A stretch of DNA of 64,000 nt, taken from assembly GCA_965285935.1 (NCBI GenBank), contig OZ260662.1:25420001-25484000 (forward strand), given 5' to 3'. The notes beneath the pieces are model-generated. The model was not told where the DNA came from, did not search any database, and saw only the letters and a list, made by a program, of their open reading frames with translations. A program made the position numbers and the translations under genes. Position 1 is the first letter of the stretch, and each line of letters starts with the position of its first letter. Positions 52,301-64,000 of the stretch are shown piece after piece. The stretch comes from Ophelia neglecta. Taxonomy: Eukaryota.

Positions 52301-55300
52301 CTACTTTTGGTTTGGCACATCCATATTATTTTTAAAGTAACTAAGAAGTTAAACATTCAAAAACATATTGGGGGGGGGGGGAACAGATATGACATGCAAC
52401 TTAGGGTATCCTCACGAATCAAATCATTATGACTTTACCATTACAATGCTTACTAAAACACAATACCAGTTAATATATCTCCCATCCAAACACTTGACAC
52501 CAATAAACCGTGCAAAATGCAAAGAGTGATAGATCCCATTTGTAATATTCCTGACAGATTTAATAATGTAAAAATAACAAGTGTTGGTGCTTTTAAACTA
52601 TTGTGTTGACAAGAGAATGTTTGAATTAATTCAATATTTGTGAGGCTACCCATTTTGTTCCTAGATTGTGTCTGACTAAAACCCTGATATAAACTGCAAA
52701 ATGCCATCAAAATAATGTATGGTGTAGAATGGAATACCAGGTGTACAAATAATTTGTCTCTACACTACAATAAAACAGCTAGTAGTACCAAGACCTAAAG
52801 TACATCATGCAATATTCAACTGATAACCGAAATGCACAAAAACACCAGAAGGAAGTATTATCCTAGTGAAACATGCCAATAAAATCCACCAAAGTATACA
52901 ACTACCGATTTCTGAAATGTATTCTGCCGAACTGGACCAAGTTTTCTCTGGGGAGACGAAAGTTAAAAGTAGCGATGGTTGTGAAAAATTATCTTTGAGA
53001 AACAGTAAGACTTGTATACAATCAACACATGTTAGTCAGTTTAGTACAAATGTAATTGGATTAGCACAAAGACAAAGAACTTAAGTTAAATTGCCTGAAC
53101 AGATCTTCTATAAACTATGAACTGTTTTGACCTAGGATTAGATGAAGTGTACTTCTTACTTACAGTCTTGTTAATGGAGACCTTAGGTACCTGCCTGTCA
53201 CCTTATTTATATCATATGTCAATTTTACATAATGAGATTACTCATTAGGAATGAAAAATATAAAATCCACACATAAATAAATATACCAATGATAAACTAT
53301 TATCACATACACTGGGCAGATCTAGGATTTAAAATATAATGGTAGAGGGGGGTGGGGTCAGCACGGTGTGGTATGGGTGGTCCCCCAGAGGGGGGGGGGA
53401 GGTTTTATCTTTTAGGGTGTGGTACTGGTGTCCCCTCTTATGGTTTGTTCCTCCTTTCAAGGGGTGGGTGTGGGTTGGGAATGTTATCTGTAGGGTGTGG
53501 GATGGGGGACCTCTCCCAGATAAGAAGATAGTAAGGCTAATCCCCCAGATACCCTAGTGGCAGGGGAGATCCATCCCACACCCTGAAAGCACTCCATTCT
53601 GGAGGAACTTGGTGGAGACCAAGGATGGGGGGGGGGAGTGAAACAGGGGCTGTGGGGTAATCCTATATCCACCAGCGCATGTTCAAGTACCAAGTACCAC
53701 CTCCGATAAGTAGAAAATTTTAATTTTACTGAAACCATACAGTTTTACAAAATTATCCATAGACACAGCACCACACCACAGAGAAAGATGGTGGCAAATA
53801 AAAGAAAGAGGCATGTTTATGAATACCTTTTTTGGAGGTTCTTCCTTAATAGCTTGTTCATCAACAGGCTAGATGGTAAACAGGAAGGCATAAATTAAAA
53901 TGAAAAGCAAAGCAACTACTGAGACAACCTTGTGAAATTATTGTGATTAAGAGAATTTCAGCCGTAATATGCTCAACTGGAAAAAAAAAAGGAGTTCAGA
54001 AAAATATATGTACAAGCCCCAGATTGTTCAAGATTCTTAGATTCCTCCTGGCTGAGAAATCAAGAAAAATCATGACAAATCTGCAGATTTCCTTCTGTAC
54101 ATATTATGTAATTTAGGGATAACAGATGTTTCTTTTTTTGGCTATTACATTCTGCTCATACATTTACTTGAACACTTCCTTCAAATGTGACGACATTTTA
54201 ATTATATATCAGAACAATCCAACCCTGAAGTGGCTGGCAGGTCATGTCACAACCATTTCACAAGATTGGAAGATTAGGGTCTGCCTCGTGACCAAGTTAT
54301 GAAGCAAACTAGTGATTAACACTAAGTAATTTGCTATGTTACGGTAGACATAAATATGAATTCAAACAAATTTGAAGGGATGAACAAATGCACAGTTTGG
54401 AAATTCACATAAAAACACAATATTCTAAAAGTCTTTTTAGGAGAGAGACAAAAATTGTTCTATTTGATTTAGAAAACAATTAATATTGAAAAATATTTCT
54501 TGTGTAGAAAGATAACAAATTCTATCTATCAATAACTATATATCCTATGGAACTGGGCCACCATTTAATGCCGCTTTTTAACAAAATTCCTTTACTATAG
54601 GGTATAATTCAGTAGCACAGTAATTAGAAAGGGATGCTTTTAAATGTCACTTTGCAGTGTTATAGGCATTATTTGAGGTCCAGGTTATTCACATACCTTT
54701 TGAGACTTAAATTTCAAATGAAGATCCCTGGTAGACAGAATTGGCAATTCTACCAAATCACCGTCTGTTACAGCCCAGTACAAGACCAAGATATTAAATG
54801 GCCACCAATCGAGTAAATTTTGTATTATTTTCCCCCCCAATCTATTACCATATATAAACAATGTTATATCCTTTTCCTCTATTACAATAATATGTTTTCA
54901 AAGAAAGCAGTTTAAGCTCAAGGTCAAGATTAGCAGACGCCATAAGTTTAACTCAAATCATAATGCGGGATTGGCTTCAGCAATTGTCTAAAGAAGGAGA
55001 AGGGGGGAAACCTGGCTCTGACCCCAATAAAGGAATATCACTTAAAGCGACATCAGTGGTTTGGCTCAATCCCTACGGGTGAAAGCAAGTTAAAAATGTA
55101 TTATGTTGTTGAGAGAGTTCTACATGAATAGCATTTTACAACGTTTGACAACAAAAGCCTGAATATGAAGTAACTGTGACAAACATACAGCCTTTCCTGC
55201 CGCCATGTCTTTGAGCTGGGCCAGTTGCTGCTGGAGGGCGTCTATCTCTTTCTGTTTATTTTTCTCTGCCGCTTGCTGCTCTTTCTGCAAGGTCACAATG

Positions 55301-58300
55301 TTAATCAAACATTTCTATACATGTATATGCAGTTTTCAGCATCCAATTAAATGACATTGAAACATTTACTACATAACAGTACTTATTTATTTGCATCATA
55401 TGTATATATATATAAAATTAAGTCTCTCTTCCTAGTCTTTTTTTCTATCATGGTATAGTGATCTAGTTCATTTAAGTAACACAACTCTCCCAATTTGAGC
55501 ATCAATCTAGAGCACCCCTAATGCAGCTTTAGATTGACACTAACATGCCTGTACAGTGACACTGGTGTAACCCTAGAAGGGTCTAGTATACCTAAGTAAC
55601 ACTAGTGTAACCCTGGGAAGGCCTAGTAAACTTTAGTGACTCAAGTGTAACCCTGGGAAGGCCTAGTAAACTTTAGTGACACTAGTGTAACCCTGGGAAG
55701 GCCTAGTAAACTTTAGTGACACTAGTGTAACCCTAGGAAGGTACAGTATGTTTACGTAACACTAGTTTAGCCCTAAGAAGGTCTAGTATACTTAAGTAAC
55801 ACTAGTTTAAGCCTAGGAAGGTCTAGTAAGCTTTAGTGACAGTACTTTACACTAGGAAGGTCTAGTTTACTTAAAAGAAACTAGTGTTACCCTAGGAGTG
55901 GTCTAGTATACTTTAGTATGTATACAGATACAGATGGAAATGGAAGCTCAGGGTCATTTTAGTGACCCACTAGAACCTCACTAAGTCTAATATATTATTC
56001 TTCACTCTAGGTTTATCTCACTAGTTTTCACATTTATACATTATTACCTTGATTTCCTCTTTAGATGGCTTCCCATCAATTCTATCAAATGCTTCAAACA
56101 GTTGCTTGTAGAGGACATTCTTCCTCGTTTTGTCATCGTCAGGTGGTAGGAAGTCTTTCACTGGCGCCCCCTTGTCTTTATACAAAGCCACAATTATCCT
56201 CTCAGCCTTCTCACGAATCTCGCCAGCAGTGTGTTGTAATGCCACGGTACAAAACTTCATCATGTTCTCCAGGCTCAAACCACTGGTTTAGATCAAATTA
56301 AAATCAAATTAGCTAAATTTCACCCCGCAACCAATAATTACATACAAAGTCACTAACGGTACAGTGGCAACTAAATGTCTTGTAAACATACATCTTGAGT
56401 GAAGCAGACGGCAGAGAGAAAATAGGTCAAGCAGGTGGAAGCAACTGGAAAAAGGGCGGGGATTAGAGTGGCAAGTGGCTCACGGCAGATGGGCCAGCTG
56501 CCGGGAGCCTACTGCCCATTTGCTGAAAGTGGCTGGGAAAGTGGAGGATACCTGCAGGCAAACAGCTGGCAAACAGAAGGATGTAAGAGGGGGGATCAGA
56601 ATCAAAAGACTGTTTTAGTAACAAAACATTAATTTGCCACTGTATATGTCCTACCAGCTTCTTCCACAATGCAATGGCTTAACTTAAAATTATTGTAAGC
56701 AGATTGTTCTGTGGCTTGAAAATAAATAAAATATGCTGCAGAGTCCCCATACAAAATAAAACAACCTGTATGGATAAACCCTGGATGAATTTTTGATCAC
56801 TTGTAAAATTGATGACACAGTTTGTTTTGCACTGGTCCTTGGCATTCTATGTTTATTGGCTAAGATGACTCACTTATTTTCCAGTCCGTGCTCCTTGTAG
56901 AGAATATCAACCATTTCCGTCCTACTCAGACCGAGGCGTGGTGCCACGCTCAGTTTAAACGGCTCCACACACTTCAGTGGAACTGTCATCAATGGCTGGA
57001 GCAGAGAAACACAGGATTATCCCAAAAGGATTGTAAAACAGCAGATTATTTTCTTTACTACTATACCAGAAAAAACATGGGAAGGGGTTAAATGGATTTT
57101 TTTAGAATTTGTATTATTTTTTAAAGAATAAATACACTTATATTCTTACCCAGGCTAAAGGGGAAATGAATATAGGTCTATTCTATGAATAGACCAAGAT
57201 TATTATCCATCCAACACTCTAAATCTCGTTACTTAGGACTGGGTATCACTGAATTATTATAGAAATGGTATATTTGAACAATGTTATAAGGAGGCTTCAT
57301 TTCAAGGTTTTCAGTGAATAAATTAATTAGACAGTACCTTAACTTCAGGAAACTTGGATTCTTCAATAATAAATGCTTTAGCTGCATCTCTTTGACGGAC
57401 AGCCTGGAAAAAGTAATCACTGATGTGTTTTAGACAAAATAAACTTAAACAAGTATAAACAGGAAGTGAAACACAGAGTTAGAACTGTCCTTGGTAGGAT
57501 CTCTCCTATACTACTTACTGTATCTCCTATTTTACTTACTGTATCTCCAGTTTTCTGTATCAAGTTTGGCATGGTTTTGTCAATGACATACACAATATCC
57601 GACTTTGGAATCCTGTAAAATGATTCATAAAAGTGTCATTATTATCAAAAATCCCTAGGAATATCTGAAACCATGAGCAGACAGTGGGATTATGTGCTAG
57701 AGACTTACTTGTGTTTTGGCACGTATTCTGTTAATATCATCTTGAGCAGGTTCAGTGACGCTGTAAACACCTACGGAGGAAAACACATACATTTTAGGAA
57801 TAGAATTATTCTATAATCAACAGCAAATTGTTAATAATTAGGTGAAAATGGCAAACTAACTATAAACTTTCTGTATCAATTGCCTAATAATACAAATTAA
57901 AACGAATTTATTTATCATTGAGTTTAACACTTAATCGACCCAATCACATAATCACCTATTAAATGCCTAATTAAGGTTAACACACAGGTCCAAATTAGTA
58001 TCATCTCTATTTCCCTGGAATGCTTATCATTCTAGGTGAGCTACTATTAAGTTAATTACAGAATGCACAATACCATATTAACACCATGAGATATTACACT
58101 GGAAAAGGTTATTTGAGCATGGCATTGCTTACAATCTATAATATCATATTTAGATCCAAACAAATTACAGCTGAAAAGCTTAGACATAAGGCTACCATGA
58201 ATTATCTGATAGGCGATACATAACTAATAAAGGATGCACTCTTAGTTTTTAATAAGCTTGGGCCATAACTTAATGAAAAGTCTTATGTAGGAATTTTGTA

Positions 58301-61300
58301 ATTTCAATAAACTGTGAATCCCAAAGTTTGGCACAATAAATACATTATTTTCTAGACCTGAAAAAAAGACAAAGCTGGTCTTCTGTTAGAGCTAATTCAG
58401 TACTTACAGCCAGGACTTTATCTTTGACGCCCCTGTTGATGAGGAAGATGGCCGCCCGGATTTTGCTTTTGGCGTCTTCCTTGTCTGTGTTGGGGTCTAA
58501 CTCAGACAGTAGTCTGTATACCTCTAACAGGGCATCTTCCCGATATGACCATGTCTTGGAGTAGGCCTTCGCTACCTGCAAGAAGTATGTTAAATAAGTA
58601 CATGACATAATAATTGGACAGCAGTATAAACTGACATTTTTCATATGACCACGTGCGACATTCATGATTTCGAATTTAGAGATATAGAGGTGACATATGG
58701 CTGGAAATTACTAGCATGCTTAGGAGATAGACAATTTAAATTTAGACAGCAAAGCGTTGAATATTGCTTGCTGGTTGATGGCTCCATCCGTTAATACATT
58801 ATTTAAAAAGTTTTTGAGGGAGGGCTATATTCCAGATATATTAGGGGAAACTATGACTGGAATACCCTTTCTACCGCCCTCTTGAAAAGTCTTGGTATTC
58901 AGAATATTAGAGAGGTGAGTTTTCTTTACAAACTGTTTAACTTGTTAATGTATGTTTGGCTTTTCGCCTTCTAGTCTGGATGATAAATTGACCTATGGTG
59001 GCGAACATCATGTGTTAAACCCAAAAACTAGTCACAATAACTATTTACTGGCATTTTTCCCTGCCTGGGAATAATTGAATAATTCTAGCTCTGAGGGGTG
59101 AGAGGCCAACCAAAGTTCTCTGAGATATTTAAATGGACAACATGCATAAATAATTTTGATTATATTGATTATTTATCTATGGTGATCACTTCCGACTTAC
59201 CAGTGCTAACCCAAACTCATCAATGACGTGGGCAGCCTCCCTTTGATCCTGATCAGACAATAGCTCCGGCTCGCCTGTCACATTACCTAAAAAAACATAC
59301 AATGTTATATAATAATCACCATACTAATAACAAGGGATGAAGAAAATATGGCAGTTAATACCACTTTCATCTTTGATGGGTGTCACAGGACATGAGATAT
59401 TTTGGAAAACTTGCTAAATTTTATACTACAGGCAGATGGGGAAATCTGTGAATCAAAAAGCCACTATTTTGAAATTTAGGGACATTGCGATGTATTACTA
59501 TCCTGTGCACATTATCAGAACTCTAATCGGATAATTCAAAAGTCCAAAATGGAAACAGAACTCTTTTCTCTGATTGCATATTTAAAAGTCGAAAAATGGA
59601 ATCAAGGAGGGGATATTATTAAGTGTTTGACTATAAAAGTAGGTGGCATATCTACTTCTCTTTAAGGTATGCATCACACTGCTAGAGTGGACTGCGTGGA
59701 GATACTATATCAAATACCAGTATTCTCAATACAGACTGCTCTATTCTTGAGAATACTTTCAAAAGACTTTCATACCGGCCTGCTGTTATTGATTTAGCTA
59801 TAGAGCTATTTACTCACCCGAGGAGGAAGGCTCCTCAACTGTCGGTGGAGGTAAATCTTCATCCTCCTCAGGCCTAAAGTGTCATCAGAAGGTTCATCAA
59901 ATTAGCAATCATTGAGTAATTAGTAGCCATAAACTGAGACAAACTCTATAAGTATGCATGATTTGTATCCTAAGTATATGTTAGCACTTTTTAAGGAAAA
60001 AAACTCTTTTAAAACATCAATGAATATCGTTTGTATTTAAGTGATGTTTAGTTCAGGGAAAAAAGCTACAAATTGGTTAGAAATATGCATATATCAGGTA
60101 ATAAGGACGTGTTCATTATCAATATCCAGTCTTGAGAGATCAGAATATAGGAAATGTACTACTGTATCAAAAACATTTAACATTATAGAAGGTTTGTCAT
60201 TTGAGGTTAAATGTTCCTTTAACTGTAAAGGCCAATGAGCTCACATTTCCTTCGCCAAATTATGGCTAAATCAGGAACTGAAAAACTTCTCTGGGTTCAT
60301 TCTTTAATCATTGCCTTCCACCCTCATTACTTAGGGTGAGTGTTCCCTCTGGTGTGTGTTTCTTTTAAATAGTCTGCAGTTTGGACGTTAAACACTCCAC
60401 ACACTGACAGAGGTCTGAGTAGTTTGGTCACAAACAGGGGTGGGGATAGGGCTTAATAGGGTGTTGTTCATATCATTAGTGGCGGTCAGAAATAGATTAG
60501 CTCTCCTTGTACAAACTAACTTTATGTTGAAAATAGTGTGTTTAGGAATAAAAATTAATTCATGAATGCATTTAAATTAATGCAGCCACAATTTTTTTTA
60601 CAGCAGGTCATCTTTATTAGGTAAACTACAGATAAAAATATTGTAAATTGCAGTTATATTAAAGTGGATGATATATATTACTAATGTGCAAATGTATCCA
60701 ACCAAAAATATCTGTTAACGATTATCAATCAACACAATGAAATAGTAATATTAAATAAAGAAAATAAATTGTTGCATATAACTAAAATCACAGGATTGAA
60801 ACACATTTAACATTTACAAAGGCAAGTGAATAAGAAACACTCATGACATGACATTTTATAAATTGATCCCATCTATTCATTCTTAATAACTATTTTATAA
60901 CCATGTCTTTACTCTTAAATGATTCTATACCTAAAAAAATACACTGACAAAGCAACAAAAGAAAATTTAGTAAAACAAGAAAATTTGTGCACAGCACACA
61001 AAATAAGTGAAGACTCTATTCCTAGTGTTATTCTGCAAGGAAGTATCAGACATAAATATACAGCACTTATGGTGTAGGCAGCTAGACTTTACCCTCTTGA
61101 CATAAAATAAGTGCCATCATGTCCATAAAATCTGGATATTAAAATATCTATCAATGGGAGACAGTCTATCATAAACCAGGAAGGTCATTTTCAGGGGGAA
61201 ATTTGTATCAGGGATTGTAATTTGTAACACAAAAAGGACAAAATAAACAGTAGTGTAAATCATGAGATTTCGAGTGCAGTAAATTGTTGCATATTTCCAG

Positions 61301-64000
61301 TTGACAGCAAAATTTTCAAAAATCGACTCTACGTAATTTCCCTACTTGGCACTTCTTTCCCCGGGAAGCCCCCTCCATCTTTAGTGTGTTTCGTTAAGCC
61401 CCAAAAATCCAAAATCCCTCCATCTTTACTCAGTCACGGAATTCCATAGAGAAAATACATGGCAAAATATGATTCACCAAATTTTGGTGTTCAGGAAAAT
61501 ATCTGCCTTAACCGTAGCCATAGGTCTGCAGAGAGAGAAGAGGCCTTGAGAGGCCTAGATAGGCTCCATGGCACTTGTTTCATAGTCATCTAAGCTGATA
61601 TTTTCTCCTGGCACCGTGGGGATATGACCATATAAGTGTTGAAATCCACGTAAAACCTCAAACAACAACCCTGCTGGGAGACCTTGCAGAAAGTCAAGAG
61701 AAATAGTGTCGTCTAAAAATAAACTTTGAAATTCAACATAATCTTAGCACTAATTGACACCTCGTGGCAATTTTGCCAACTTACTTGTGGACTGGCAGCG
61801 GTCTGTCGTCATTGTTTGGTAGTGGTGTGACGTCTCTTGGGGTATCTTTGCTGTATTAGTGACATCAGAGACAGGACTTAACTCTCACATTTATAACAGA
61901 TATAGCATTAATCTACTGTGAATGCTTTGTACATTATAAAAGGGTTAGTGATAGCCTATACCCTGCTCACAATCTGTTGTGAGCAACATACTGGCAAATC
62001 AACTAAAAGCAATATACTGCATGTATGCTACTACTTAAGTTAACTACATGTACTAAATGTCTTGTGACAGCTATGATAAATTTTAGATGAACTAGATGTG
62101 CAGTGGTCCCTGTGATGTAGGGTCACTTCAATGAAGGGTCACCTGTGATAGCAAGACACTATTTGAAATTAACATGTCCTATTTTTTCCATGTTAAAGTG
62201 CCTCCGATGAAAGGCCACTTTTCAATGAATATAGGGGTGGCCCCACATCACAGAGACCACTGTATACCAGTTAAAAAAAAAAGCACTATTTCAATAATTG
62301 TCATTGTTTCACAGAATATTTCTACAAAAGTAGTCGGGCAAAAAAGTTTCCAATGTTAATTTTCATGCATTTTTTTATTCAAAATACCTTTAAAAAATTG
62401 TTTGAAAACTGTGTAAATTTCATCGGCACATTGTTTCAACCAAAACATTAACTACCATGTGCAGTGAATTTATAGTTTTACAGTAATTATATTTTTGAAC
62501 TCATTTTAATCAGACTTAGAAACTAAGCAACAGATGAACATAAGCCTTAAAACATAGATAATTGACATTATAAATAAATTATGTCTAGGTGAAAAGAAGG
62601 GAATTTTAATGCAGCTTATATATGGAGAACCGCCAATTAGAGAGCACCTTTTTTTACAGGCAGATCTAATTAAATAAGCCTATACTATCATGAATGGCTA
62701 AAGGCAGATAGTAAAATGGCCGCCACTCACTTTTTGATGGCTGGCAGCGGTCTCTCATCGTAGGGAGTGCGGGAGGACTCCATGCCGGGTAGGGGAGTAT
62801 TAGACATAGGGGGTAGCTCGGCCAGTCTGGGAGGGGTCAGCTGTCTGGTGGACTCTGTCAAATCAACATGCCAAATTGAATTAGATATTCAAATGAGCCA
62901 GAGAGGTTTTTAAGACTCGAAGAATTAAGTTTTCAACTGCAACTGCTTGTTATTGAAATTCATTCAATAGCTACCATCTGCTTTAGACAAGTCAAGAAAA
63001 CGTCATCATTTTGATTGTAGTATAATGGGCAATAATTAATCAAGTTTTTGGCACAATAAGTTTTGTAATAGTGATTTCACATCAGCTTACCATATTCAAA
63101 CTTCTGTGGCTGGCGAGACTAGAAAAAATGGAAAAGTTAAAACAGATTAAAAATCTTTCTCATAGATGGAAAAAAAAAAAATGAAGAGGTAAGTAGGCAG
63201 TCAGGACTTTGTACCTTTTTCATATAAAAATGATTTGTATCTGAACAGGATTCTTCTGTATTAAGTGGACAGCCATAGTGAACGAACTAGGCCAGCAGCT
63301 TGTCATAAACACTTCATAAAAAACTAGAAGTTTACATCCCTATGTAGCAGAGTTGTTGTTGTTGTTTGGGGTTTTATGTGGCTTTCAACACTTATCGTTC
63401 TTATGGCCACAGTGCCTACTTGTGACAGTGGGCTCAATGCCCTCTTTAGAGTGCTGCCTCACTGGAGTACCTGCCATAGACACCAGACAGAGAACCCCAC
63501 CCAGTCACATTATACTGACACTGGGTTGACCAGTCCTGATACTACCCCCGAAATACCGGGCGCCTGGCAGGGGAGCTATCAGTACCTTTTTTTACGTCTT
63601 AGGTTTGAAGCGATAGAGGTTCGAACCCCGATCTCCCACTTGCGAGGCGGACGCCCTAACCACTCGGCCACTCTTTGGTGGTTCTTTGTAGCAGAGCTAA
63701 CAAATAACACATAGCTCATGCCCATAATAGTAGATAGCAGTGAGCATAGACGATATCACCTTTGGTACATGGAAGGAGGCACCTGTCCCCGGAGATCAGA
63801 TTTTTAAGACACTATTATTGCCAGTGGTATGAATGTGATCTGGTCTTACCCCAGTCATTCCGAGCAGGTCATGTATCTCTAACTGTTTATACACCTGCAG
63901 TCTGTACTCGTCCATCTGAACTTTCTTGAGTTTAGCCTTGTCATAGTCCTCATTCTCCACAGCCTGCCTTTTCTCAACTTCAAATTTTCCCAGCTTTTCT
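49330..64000 (-). CDS. CEP104: Centrosomal protein of 104 kDa (coiled coil, TOG domain, C-terminal C2HC zinc fingers); 5'-partial, begins beyond right edge
   Basis: Exons (minus): 63850->64000, 63091-63118, 62731-62854, 61785-61850, 59818-59873, 59201-59286, 58408-58575, 57709-57770, 57540-57612, 57338-57403, 56874-56995, 56048-56282, 55189-55284, 53827-53868, 53164-53190 (tentative), 51720-51826, 51400-51508, 50119-50257, 49712-49849, 49330-49412. Motifs: EKLGKFEVEKRQAVENEDYDKAK, YDERPLPAIK, YSKTWSYREDALL, RKNVLYKQLFEAFDRIDG, CIFCAEKNDQFTEEGLDLHYWKSCPMLKRC, QVVEIAGLTDHLLTEC, HCPLCHQN. Confidence 0.95.
53310..53678. mobile_element. Degenerate G-rich MITE-like element
   Basis: Imperfect inverted ends CACTGGGCAGATCTAGGATT / AATCCTATATCCACCAGCG around a G-run-rich interior. 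TSD not resolved. Confidence 0.45.
55553..55918. repeat. 40-bp minisatellite (~9 copies)
   Basis: Unit ACACTAGTGTAACCCTGGGAAGGCCTAGTAAACTTTAGTG in a CEP104 intron. Confidence 0.93.
61611..61669 (+). mobile_element. 5'-truncated 3' tail of the same SINE family as 63353-63686
   Basis: GCACCGTGG...ATAAGTGTTGAAATCCACGTAAAACCTCAAACAACAAC matches the SINE 3' end in opposite orientation. Confidence 0.7.
62101..62262. mobile_element. MITE, second copy of the 40726-40904 family
   Basis: CAGTGGTCCCTGTGATGTAGGG ... CCCCACATCACAGAGACCACTG|TA, colinear with 40726-40904. Confidence 0.85.
63353..63686 (-). mobile_element. Full-length tRNA-derived SINE (Meta-core-like) with (AAC)n tail
   Basis: Minus strand A box TGGCCGAGTGG, B box GGTTCGAACC, core GGACTGG...GTGTCAGTATAATGTGACTGGGTGG, tail AAACAACAACAAC. 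10-bp TSD TGTAGCAGAG at 63343-63352 and 63687-63696. Confidence 0.9.

Noticed and set aside
56480-56560. Hairpin GCAGATGGGC...GCCCATTTGC and a minus-strand GTATCCTCC in a CEP104 intron
   Set aside because: The stem is too short for a pre-miRNA and has no snoRNA boxes; the U12-like donor is imperfect and not needed, because the flanking exons join by GT-AG.
63376-63714. 112-aa ORF and a tRNA-like sequence
   Set aside because: Both are parts of the SINE; there is no complete tRNA cloverleaf.

Overview
AT-rich, intron-rich animal genomic DNA, probably from a lophotrochozoan invertebrate (inferred from a Meta-type SINE and the repeat style). Four spliced protein-coding genes were reconstructed by hand from splice sites and reading frames. 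(1) A kinesin-3 of the KIF28/KLP-6 type (minus strand, 16 exons, continues past the left edge) whose first intron is a U12-type AT-AC intron. (2) A gene combining an atypical homeodomain with 8 C2H2 zinc fingers (minus strand, about 832 aa). (3) DDI1/DDI2 (plus strand, about 459 aa, UBL-RVP-UIM-UBA), head-to-head with gene 2. (4) The 3' part of CEP104 (minus strand, begins beyond the right edge). The most notable hidden element is a pair of ~209-nt near-identical DDI1 intronic copies that fold as H/ACA RNAs; their 3' pocket base-pairs with the U1 snRNA 5' end, predicting a scaRNA guide for U1 pseudouridine 6. Also present are a GC-AG intron inside the DDI1 catalytic motif, three local duplications of splice sites, several minisatellites, MITEs, a 1.66-kb TIR element with a 9-bp TSD and a full-length tRNA-derived SINE. 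Most short ORFs in the supplied track are intronic noise or antisense shadows of exons.
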